DNA from: Bacteroidota bacterium
GTDB lineage: Bacteria; Bacteroidota; Bacteroidia; Chitinophagales; Chitinophagaceae
Direction of reading: 5' to 3'
Length of the DNA: 64,000 nt
NCBI GenBank assembly: GCA_046046935.1
Contig: JBJOIU010000003.1
Location: 1,020 to 65,019 of the forward strand
Positions 1-7,848 of the stretch are shown here, piece by piece. Within the stretch, counting starts at the first letter, position 1, and each line of letters begins with the position of its first letter. The translations under genes were made by a program, and so were the position numbers. A model generated the notes under the pieces. It saw only the letters and a program-made list of their open reading frames with translations. It was not told where the DNA came from and ran no database searches.

Positions 1-170
1 ATCGTACTATGCAATACAAGGTACCATGTAAAGTGTTATTCGGGAAAAATACCTATTTAAACGGCTGCAGGTTAGGTATAACGATCTGTAAGCAAATAAG
101 TTACATTTTGAAAGCATTCATCCTAATTCGACAACAATAGTCCAATATTTCTGTTATTATTGATATCCCT

Positions 171-1268
171 ATGATCGGACATCGTTTTTTACCATTTAAT
201 CCTAAAGAAGAAGGCAAGAGCAAGTTTGAACAATTTCTTGACTTATTCACGCAATTGCTTACCTATACTAATGGTGATGCAACCGAGGCTTTGGATTGGT
301 TAAACCAATTAGATCGTCAACATAATTTAACAGACAAAGATTATGGCATTGGTGATTTTATTGAAGACCTTAAGCAAAATGGTTATTTAACAGAAAACCA
401 ACAAGACGGAAGTTTTAAAATTACTGCCAAGTCGGAACAGACTATTCGTAAAAAAAGTTTAGAAGAGATTTTTGGTAAACTTAAAAAATCAAAACAAGGT
501 AATCATCAAACCAATAAGCCTGGTCCAAGCAGTGAATTAAATCCGGATACTAGAGCTTTTCAGTTTGGAGACATGTTGGAGCAAATAGATTTTACAGAGA
601 GTATTCGTAATGCTCAAATTAATAGAGGGGTTGATGCATTTAGCATGCAGGAAGAAGATTTGATGATTAGAGAAAGTGATTTCAAAACACAAACTTCTAC
701 TGTACTGATGATTGATATTTCTCACTCGATGATTTTATATGGAGAGGACAGAATTACGCCGGCAAAAAAAGTTGCGATGGCGCTTTCTGAACTAATCACC
801 ACTAAATATCCCAAAGACACTTTAGATATTGTAGTCTTTGGTAATGATGCATGGAGTATTGAAATCAAAGACCTGCCATATTTACAAGTAGGTCCTTATC
901 ATACCAATACTGTTGCTGGTCTGGAATTAGCGATGGATTTATTGAGAAGAAGAAAGAATCCCAATAAGCAAATTTTTATGATTACCGATGGCAAGCCTAC
1001 TTGCTTAAAGATTGGTAAGAAATACTATAAAAATAGTTTTGGATTAGACAGGAAGGTGGTGAATCGTTGTATCAACTTAGCTGGTCAATGTAAGAAATTA
1101 AAAATTCCTATTACTACTTTCATGATTGCATCAGATCCTTATTTACAAAATTTTGTGCAAGAATTTACCGAGATGAATAATGGAAAAGCCTTTTTTGCAT
1201 CATTAGATAAATTAGGTGCCTTTATATTTAATGATTTTGAAAGTGGCAAAAAGAAAACACTATACTAA
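171..1268 (+). CDS. von Willebrand factor type A (vWA) domain protein
   Basis: MIDAS-like D-x-S-x-S motif (MIDISHSM) followed by ITDGKPT, typical of vWA folds. ATG start. Ends 18 bp upstream of the AAA+ gene. Confidence 0.75.
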   Translation: MIGHRFLPFNPKEEGKSKFEQFLDLFTQLLTYTNGDATEALDWLNQLDRQHNLTDKDYGIGDFIEDLKQNGYLTENQQDGSFKITAKSEQTIRKKSLEEIFGKLKKSKQGNHQTNKPGPSSELNPDTRAFQFGDMLEQIDFTESIRNAQINRGVDAFSMQEEDLMIRESDFKTQTSTVLMIDISHSMILYGEDRITPAKKVAMALSELITTKYPKDTLDIVVFGNDAWSIEIKDLPYLQVGPYHTNTVAGLELAMDLLRRRKNPNKQIFMITDGKPTCLKIGKKYYKNSFGLDRKVVNRCINLAGQCKKLKIPITTFMIASDPYLQNFVQEFTEMNNGKAFFASLDKLGAFIFNDFESGKKKTLY

Positions 1269-1286
1269 ACAAGAAATAGCATTATA

Positions 1287-2825
1287 ATGAATATTGAAAA
1301 AATCACTACACTAGGACAACTTAAAAAATCAGGCTATATATCTAAGTCTATTAAAGACGAAGTGAGAGATAATCTTATTAAAAGTATTCAAGAAAAAGAA
1401 AACCCTTTTACGGGTATCATGGGATATGAAGATACCGTTATTCCAGATACAGAAAGAGCTATTTTAAGTAGACATAATATTTTGTTTTTAGGACTACGTG
1501 GTCAAGCAAAAACAAGAATGGCTCGTCAGATGGTGGATTTATTGGACGAGTATATTCCAGTGGTAGCAGGTAGCGAGGTAAATGATGATCCATTAAAGCC
1601 ATTGAGCAAGTTCGCTATAAATATGATTGCAGAACTAGGAGACAAAACACCTATTCAGTGGTTACATCGTAGCGAGAGATATGGAGAGAAGCTTGCAACA
1701 CCTGACGTAAGTGTGGCAGATTTGATCGGAGATATCGATCCTATCAAAGCAGCTAATCTAAAATTAAGTTTCTCGGATGAAAAAGTGATTCACTATGGTA
1801 TTATTCCAAGAAGCAATAGAGGCATTTTTGTGATCAATGAATTACCTGACCTGCAAGCACGTATCCAGGTTTCTTTATTCAATATTTTACAAGAAGGAGA
1901 TATTCAAATCCGTGGATTCAAATTGAGAATGCCATTAGATATTTTATTTGTGTTTACTGCGAATCCAGAAGACTATACCAATAGAGGTAGTATTGTTACC
2001 CCATTGAAAGATCGTATACAAAGTCAAATCTTAACGCATTATCCAAAAAGCATCGAAACCTCTTTATTAATTACAGAACAAGAGGCAAAAATAAATGATG
2101 CGCAAAAGAAATTAGTAAACATTAGCGACTTAGTGAAAAGATTGGTGGAGCAGGTGGCTTTTGAGGCGAGGTCTAATGAATATGTAGATAAGAAAAGTGG
2201 GGTAAGTGCGCGTTTAACGATTGCTGCTTTTGAAAATGCAGTAAGTAGCGCTGAGAGAAGAGCCATTATGCATAATGAAAAAAGTACACAGGTTTGGATT
2301 AGTGATTTAACAGGCATTATACCTTCTATTACAGGTAAAATTGAATTGGTATACGAAGGTGAACAAGAAGGTCCTTACGAGGTTGCATTGAATTTGTTGA
2401 ATAAGTCTATTCGAAATCAGTTTATTCAATATTTCCCTAATCCAGAATTAACTAAGAAAAGAAAAACCAATAAAAAATCTGCAGAAGAACCCGTAGTAGA
2501 AAATCCATATAAGTTAATTACTGCTTGGTTTGACGGGGGTAATCAATTGGATTTATTATTAGATATGAAAGATGCTGATAAAATTGCTTCTTTATATAAG
2601 GTTGATGGATTATACGGAGTGGTTAAGAAACATTACCCTCATGCAAATGAGAATGAATCTGCATTATTAATGGAATTTGTCTTACATGGCCTAGCTGCAT
2701 TTTCAATGATCAATAAAAAGATGATTGATGGTAAAATTGAATTCAAAGATTTAATGGGCAGTATTATGAATTTAGGAAATATGGGTTTTGGAGAAGATGA
2801 TTTTAACGAAAGCGATTACCAATAA
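1287..2825 (+). CDS. AAA+ ATPase, Mg-chelatase ChlI/BchI-like family
   Basis: Walker A-like GLRGQAKT, Walker B-like GIFVINELPDL, and overall ChlI/COG1239-like layout. Paired with the upstream vWA gene. Confidence 0.7.
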   Translation: MNIEKITTLGQLKKSGYISKSIKDEVRDNLIKSIQEKENPFTGIMGYEDTVIPDTERAILSRHNILFLGLRGQAKTRMARQMVDLLDEYIPVVAGSEVNDDPLKPLSKFAINMIAELGDKTPIQWLHRSERYGEKLATPDVSVADLIGDIDPIKAANLKLSFSDEKVIHYGIIPRSNRGIFVINELPDLQARIQVSLFNILQEGDIQIRGFKLRMPLDILFVFTANPEDYTNRGSIVTPLKDRIQSQILTHYPKSIETSLLITEQEAKINDAQKKLVNISDLVKRLVEQVAFEARSNEYVDKKSGVSARLTIAAFENAVSSAERRAIMHNEKSTQVWISDLTGIIPSITGKIELVYEGEQEGPYEVALNLLNKSIRNQFIQYFPNPELTKKRKTNKKSAEEPVVENPYKLITAWFDGGNQLDLLLDMKDADKIASLYKVDGLYGVVKKHYPHANENESALLMEFVLHGLAAFSMINKKMIDGKIEFKDLMGSIMNLGNMGFGEDDFNESDYQ

Positions 2826-2851
2826 GTAATTTGTGGATATACCCAAGCCAA

Positions 2852-3913
2852 TTATTGTAGATACACAAGTCCAATAATACTTAGTATATAAAGTATCAAT
2901 ACAATAATTGAATCAATACCCATACGGAAGTATTGTCTTTTTGAATGATAGTACATGCCAATTAAGTATACAAGTGTTAGCACAATGCCTACATAAATTA
3001 AATAGATATCAGAAAAGCTAAAATATCCTAATAAGCTTTCTCCACTTATTATAGCGGCCATGAATAATAATATGGACAAAAAAGAATTTCCACCAAAAAT
3101 ATCACTCATTGCCATTTCGTAATCTCTAATTTTTGCAGATGCAATACCAGTAGATATTTCTGGCAAAGCGGTACATAATGCTAATATTGTACCACCAAAT
3201 ACAACCCCGCTTAAACCCCATCTTTTACTAAGTATTTCTCCAGAAACCTCTAGGCCCATACCAGCAAAAAGCATTATCAGAGATCCAATAATTATTATCA
3301 AAATAGCAGATTCCACTTTTTCGTTTTTATGTAATTTAATTGGCTTGGCTAATGTAGTAATAATAAGGCTTGGTTTATATGAATGTATATCGGTTTTCTG
3401 TTGTTTTTTTATTTGATGCTTATCATATAAACGTTTTGTAAAGTAGATAGAAGATATCCATAAAAGAACAATAAAGCTTTCAAATACATATTTACCTTGA
3501 AATGTATTAGTGAAAGGGAAATAGTGGCCTAATAATAAAAGCAGGAGTATTACTATTACGGTAGCTCCTTCAATTTGTAGAATACTTGAATGACCTTTAT
3601 TGGTTAATGGGGCTTTTCTACCAACACCAAAAATATCTATAACAACTAATACCACTGTTTGAATTGCAATACCCCCTAATAAATTACTAACTGCAATGGT
3701 GTACTCATGTTTATAAGCTGCAATAGCTGTAATGGCTATCTCTGGTAAATCAGCGATGATTGCTAAAAATAACATGCCTCCAATGGCTTCTCCCCATTTG
3801 AAGTGATTGATAACAATATCTACGGCCTTAGCTAATTTTATTCCAAAAATCCATATTAAAATGGCACATAAAATAAAAATGAAACTAAGCAACCAATTAC
3901 TATAAATAATCAT
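2852..3913 (-). CDS. Ca2+/cation antiporter (CaCA/YrbG-like) membrane protein
   Basis: Polytopic membrane protein with two alpha-repeat-like motifs (IADLPEIAITAIAA and CTALPEISTGIASA). Confidence 0.7.
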   Translation of the reverse strand: MIIYSNWLLSFIFILCAILIWIFGIKLAKAVDIVINHFKWGEAIGGMLFLAIIADLPEIAITAIAAYKHEYTIAVSNLLGGIAIQTVVLVVIDIFGVGRKAPLTNKGHSSILQIEGATVIVILLLLLLGHYFPFTNTFQGKYVFESFIVLLWISSIYFTKRLYDKHQIKKQQKTDIHSYKPSLIITTLAKPIKLHKNEKVESAILIIIIGSLIMLFAGMGLEVSGEILSKRWGLSGVVFGGTILALCTALPEISTGIASAKIRDYEMAMSDIFGGNSFLSILLFMAAIISGESLLGYFSFSDIYLIYVGIVLTLVYLIGMYYHSKRQYFRMGIDSIIVLILYILSIIGLVYLQ

Positions 3914-3914
3914 A

Positions 3915-4874
3915 TTATTTTTTTAGAGAAGCACAAAAATCATAACTCCTCTTTAATGCAATTTCTGGATTAGCTACAATGTCTTGTTCTACAACGCAAT
4001 GCTCTAGACCGTTTTCTTTAGCTACCGCTAAAATATTTTTTAAATCTAAAACACCATCTCCTGCAGTAGTCATTTCTCCCCAAAGTTCTGTCCATTGTTT
4101 TGGGTTACCTCCATCTCCTGAAAAACGAACTTTCTTTTTCATGTCTTTTACATGCATTAATTTGTATCTACCCTTATTGGCTTTCAATAACTCTACAGGA
4201 TCTGCACCACCAGCGGTTGTCCAGAATAAATCCATTTCTAAATACACTAAGCTTGGATCCGTTTGTTGTAATATAATATCTAATGGCAATACACCTTCCA
4301 TTTTAGTTAATCCATATCCATGGTTGTGATAGGTAAAGTGAACACCTTTACTCTTAGCTTCTTCGCCAATTTTGTTAAAACGCTCGGCCATTCTTTTATA
4401 ATCATCGATATTCTTTCTTTCTTCATCAGGAATGGCTGGTAAAACCACATATTTTGCACCAATTTGATTAGCTGCATCGGCTAGCGGTCCCATTAATTCA
4501 GATAAAGTATGTAAGTCAGTATGTAATGACGGCACTTTTAGTCCGGTGTCTTTTAATATTGCTTTTGTTTCTGGCGTAGTTTTACCAAAAAAGCCACTAC
4601 CACTAAATCCAACCATCGGCTCTAATGCTTTCCAGTTTGCTTTTTGCTTTTCAGAGCTAAATGTATATGGTCCGTACATTTCAATTTCTTTATAACCCAT
4701 TGCAGATAACATTTGCAATCCACCTGCAAAATCTTTTTCTAATACTTTAGGTAATGAAAACAAGTTCACACAGATACGATCGAATAATGGGCTTGGAGTA
4801 TACAAGTTTTTAGTTAATAATAGACCAGCTAAAGATGCTTTTGCACTGTTTTCTAAAAAGGCTCTTCTTTTCAT
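3915..4874 (-). CDS. TAT-exported sugar phosphate isomerase/epimerase (xylose isomerase-like TIM barrel)
   Basis: Twin-arginine leader MKRRAFLENSAKASLAGLLL. TIM-barrel family signatures HNHGYG, LEMDLFW and MHVKD. Confidence 0.75.
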   Translation of the reverse strand: MKRRAFLENSAKASLAGLLLTKNLYTPSPLFDRICVNLFSLPKVLEKDFAGGLQMLSAMGYKEIEMYGPYTFSSEKQKANWKALEPMVGFSGSGFFGKTTPETKAILKDTGLKVPSLHTDLHTLSELMGPLADAANQIGAKYVVLPAIPDEERKNIDDYKRMAERFNKIGEEAKSKGVHFTYHNHGYGLTKMEGVLPLDIILQQTDPSLVYLEMDLFWTTAGGADPVELLKANKGRYKLMHVKDMKKKVRFSGDGGNPKQWTELWGEMTTAGDGVLDLKNILAVAKENGLEHCVVEQDIVANPEIALKRSYDFCASLKK

Positions 4875-4965
4875 CAGAAATATATTAGTTTGTAATAAAG
4901 ATTCAGTTTCCTAAGTTAATTTATTATTTTTACATAATCATTATATATCCCTTAATTCAAGCAGA

Positions 4966-5793
4966 ATGAGCACATTGCATTGTTATATTAATAAAGAGTT
5001 TGTACCAATTGAGAAAGCAGGTGTTTCTGTAACTGATTTATTGGTTCAAAGAGGCTATGGAATTTTTGATTATTTAAGAGTAGCGGATAATAAACCCTTG
5101 TTTTTGGAAGATCATTTAGAGCGTTTTTATAATTCGGCTAATACAATGCGTCTTCAAGTGAAAGAATCTAAAGAAGAAGTGCTAGAAAAAGTGTACGAAC
5201 TGATTAAAATGAATAATCTTAGTTATAGTGGAATAAGATTATTGATAGGAGGTGGAGATTCTGCAGATGGTTATACCATTTTTGAGCCAAGTCTAATGAT
5301 TATTCAGCAGCCTATACCTACACCTCCAGATACAATGAATTTACAGGGCATTAGATTGGTAAGCTTTGAATACCAAAGACAGCTCTCAAGAGTTAAGACT
5401 ACGGATTATCTAATGGCTATTCATTTACAACCTTGGATGAAAGAACAAGGAGCAGATGATATTTTATATTATAGTGAAGGTATAGTTAGAGAGTGCCCTA
5501 GATCTAATTTCTTTATTATAAAGAATGGAACAATTATCACAGCAAGCAATAAAATGTTATTGGGTATTACTAGAAAGAATATTTTAAGAATTGCCTCAGA
5601 GAATAATATACCTGTAGAAGAAAGAGATTTTACTATTGCAGAATTAAAAACAGCTGACGAGGCATTTATTTCGAGTTCAACCAAGCGTATTACTGCAGTG
5701 AGACAAATTGATGATTATATTTTGCCTGCAATCCAAGAGCAATCAATAGCTTTCAAACTATTTGCTTTATTAAAAGAAAGAGAACTTAAATAG
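4966..5793 (+). CDS. Class IV (fold type IV) PLP aminotransferase (branched-chain / D-amino-acid / ADC-lyase family)
   Basis: N-terminal RGYGIFDYLR motif and size (275 aa) typical of class IV aminotransferases. The 3' end overlaps the convergent blh by 8 bp. Confidence 0.75.
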   Translation: MSTLHCYINKEFVPIEKAGVSVTDLLVQRGYGIFDYLRVADNKPLFLEDHLERFYNSANTMRLQVKESKEEVLEKVYELIKMNNLSYSGIRLLIGGGDSADGYTIFEPSLMIIQQPIPTPPDTMNLQGIRLVSFEYQRQLSRVKTTDYLMAIHLQPWMKEQGADDILYYSEGIVRECPRSNFFIIKNGTIITASNKMLLGITRKNILRIASENNIPVEERDFTIAELKTADEAFISSSTKRITAVRQIDDYILPAIQEQSIAFKLFALLKERELK

Positions 5794-6739
5794 TTGTCTC
5801 TTTTAATTTAACTTTTGTAAATACTTGTAAATGTGGTAAAGCAAGAACTGCTATACCTATAAATAGTAGTGGCAGAAAATGAGCCATATCTAATGTTTGC
5901 AAAGCAAATTTAATAAACAAACCAATACCTATCCAGGCTAGCACAGAATAAGGTAATGCCATTGATAATAATTTTATCCAACCTTTAACTGTGTTTTCAA
6001 TAGTAAATTCTTGTCTTATTTTATCAAATGACAATATAGAATGCCAAATGCCAAAATAGAATGCGAAACATAACCAGAGAGGCAATGCTAGATTAATAAT
6101 ATTTAAACAGCCAATTTGAATAACTGCGTAAAAGAAGTTGATAGGTTTTGTGAAAAAATATTTCCAACTAAAGAATAAGAATACATGAATAATTATCAAA
6201 CTAGCTTGAGTAATAGGAAATATTATTTTTGCAATTTCGTAAAATTTAGCGGCTTCGATTTTTGATTGACCTAGTAACATAAATATCTCGATAGCTGCAT
6301 GAATATTTTTACTTAGTAAAAATAAAATCCAGCTTAGTCCTAATAAGAAATAGATTAATTGATGCCATTTGTTTTCAGCCTTTCCAATCCAATCTATTTC
6401 TCCGAAATGATAGGCAGTTAAACCAATAAAAATCAAGATAGCTAAAGCGGGTAAGTAATACCATATCAATGAATAGATGGCCATATTTGAAAAATACTTC
6501 CCAAAAAAAACTAAAGAATGTTTTGCACCTTGGGTATTTTGGATTTTTTTGTCAATAAAAAAATCCAAGGCTCCATGAGGAATACCTAATATAAAGAGGA
6601 CTACAAGTAATAAGTTTACTTGATTACTGAAATTAATTGGCTGCAACTGATTTATTCCAATTAAGAGAAAGCCAACCATCAGAAGTATTACTCTTAGACG
6701 TAATTGCATATAGTAAGTATAAAAAAATAGGGCGAACAT
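5786..6739 (-). CDS. blh: Brp/Blh family beta-carotene 15,15'-dioxygenase (retinal synthesis)
   Basis: Polytopic membrane protein with conserved His motifs (GIPHGALDF, AYHFGE, GIWHS). Lies directly downstream of the rhodopsin. Start is uncertain: TTG 6757 (track), ATG 6739 or ATG 6709. Confidence 0.8.
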   Translation of the reverse strand: MFALFFYTYYMQLRLRVILLMVGFLLIGINQLQPINFSNQVNLLLVVLFILGIPHGALDFFIDKKIQNTQGAKHSLVFFGKYFSNMAIYSLIWYYLPALAILIFIGLTAYHFGEIDWIGKAENKWHQLIYFLLGLSWILFLLSKNIHAAIEIFMLLGQSKIEAAKFYEIAKIIFPITQASLIIIHVFLFFSWKYFFTKPINFFYAVIQIGCLNIINLALPLWLCFAFYFGIWHSILSFDKIRQEFTIENTVKGWIKLLSMALPYSVLAWIGIGLFIKFALQTLDMAHFLPLLFIGIAVLALPHLQVFTKVKLKETTI

Positions 6740-6750
6740 TACATTCGCCC
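6719..6750 (-). terminator. Rho-independent terminator-like hairpin between rhodopsin and blh
   Basis: Minus strand reads GGGCGAA-TGTAATG-TTCGCCC (7-bp stem, 7-nt loop) followed by TATTTTTTTAT. Begins 18 nt after the rhodopsin stop codon. Confidence 0.6.
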
Positions 6751-6768
6751 TACTCAAACCAAGAACGA

Positions 6769-7491
6769 TTATGCAGCTTTTCTACTCAATGCATATATAA
6801 CTAAACCAAAACCGATTTTATTTACCGCATCACCGATGTTGTAAACGATATTCATATCTAAACCAATGTTTGCAAAACCTGCATACCATTGTCCAGAAGC
6901 TGTTCCGATTAAATATCCTAATGGATAAATAGCCCAACCAACTAAAATGAACCAACCTAAAGCTTTGTTAGCTGAAGCAACTGCAGAACCTGCACTTGTT
7001 GCTAATTTCTTAACATCACCCATCCATACTTCATACACAATGTAGAAGTAAGCGATAGCACTTACTGTGCCCCAGATAGTAGCATTACCTAATCCAGCTT
7101 CTCCGATATAACCAGTTACCAACATAACTACAGAAGCTAAAATCATCTTCCATAATAAGTTAGCAGTACCGCCAGCTTTTTTAGTGATTAAATAGAATTC
7201 AACGCACATTAAAGGCACTGTCAATAACCAATCTACATATCTGAAGAATGTAGGAGAGTCATGTGTTTCAGCATAATAGCCTCTCATGTAATAGTAGTGA
7301 ACCGCAGCAATGAATGTGATCAACCCCGATACTAATACCGACGTTCTCCATTCTTTACTGGTATTGCCTACTTCGAAAAAGAAAAATACGGCAGCGGCCA
7401 TCATAGCCATAGTGCCTACAAAGAAAGTAAATGAAACATAGTCAGTCTTAGCGATTGACATGGTTGCATCTAAAAGGAATAAATGATCCAT
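6769..7491 (-). CDS. Proteorhodopsin (light-driven H+ pump type, DTE motif)
   Basis: Aligns without gaps over long stretches to green proteorhodopsin as I remember it. Helix C is RYVDWLLTVPLMCVEF (D87/T91/E98), with His65 and Schiff-base Lys in DAVNKIGFG (K225). Met95 occupies the L/Q105 tuning position. Confidence 0.93.
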   Translation of the reverse strand: MDHLFLLDATMSIAKTDYVSFTFFVGTMAMMAAAVFFFFEVGNTSKEWRTSVLVSGLITFIAAVHYYYMRGYYAETHDSPTFFRYVDWLLTVPLMCVEFYLITKKAGGTANLLWKMILASVVMLVTGYIGEAGLGNATIWGTVSAIAYFYIVYEVWMGDVKKLATSAGSAVASANKALGWFILVGWAIYPLGYLIGTASGQWYAGFANIGLDMNIVYNIGDAVNKIGFGLVIYALSRKAA

Positions 7492-7680
7492 ATTGTGGAG
7501 TTTTGGTGAACGTTTTTATGCACCACCTATCACAACAATTTCTGTTACGGGTGCAAGCAATCAAGCTATTAACGTATAAGTTAAAGGAATTGTTTAGTCT
7601 TTTGTTATTTTTTGTGTTAAAATGACAATACGCTCAAATGCAATAATATCAAGCATTTCAGCGTGTTCAAATTGCACTAA

Positions 7681-7730
7681 CTACGAATTTTTTTGTTGAC
7701 TAACTGATTGATTGATAGTTGCTACGAATT
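7681..7730. repeat. 9-bp direct repeat CTACGAATT x2 (7681-7689 and 7722-7730) in the rhodopsin upstream region
   Basis: Exact repeat read directly from the sequence, with starts 41 bp apart. A regulatory role is speculative. Confidence 0.5.
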
Positions 7731-7761
7731 ATTGTATTTTATACACTAAGTAGTTTTATAA

Positions 7762-7797
7762 ATACAAAAGTCTGCTTGTTATAGCAGACTTTTGTAT
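7762..7797. terminator. Long hairpin terminator downstream of the DUF1080 gene
   Basis: ATACAAAAGTCTGC-ttgttata-GCAGACTTTTGTAT, a 14-bp perfect stem flanked by T/A-rich sequence, 52 bp after the stop at 7849. Confidence 0.6.
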
Positions 7798-7848
7798 TTT
7801 CTAATGCACTGACCTTCATGCATTTAAAAATTTAACATTTTTTCAAAA

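Noticed and set aside
537-725. Short ORFs in the six-frame track that lie antisense inside longer genes (537-725, 2039-2317, 3979-4329, 8798-9064, 15292-15573, 34602-34883, 44529-44834 and others)
   Set aside because: They sit entirely within well-supported longer ORFs on the other strand. Their composition is low-complexity or biased, typical of AT-rich antisense frames, and none has a recognisable motif. I treated them as spurious.
171-7491. ChlI-like ATPase plus vWA protein near a rhodopsin as evidence of (bacterio)chlorophyll-based phototrophy
   Set aside because: There is no ChlH/BchH-like large subunit and there are no bch, puf or puh genes. The pair is separated from the rhodopsin by unrelated genes on other strands. 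The ChlI resemblance reflects the AAA+ family only.
7518-7625. A 35-codon plus-strand ORF (MHHLSQQFLLRVQAIKLL...) in the rhodopsin upstream region
   Set aside because: It is short, antisense to the likely rhodopsin 5' leader, low-complexity, and has no supporting signal. It is probably not a gene.
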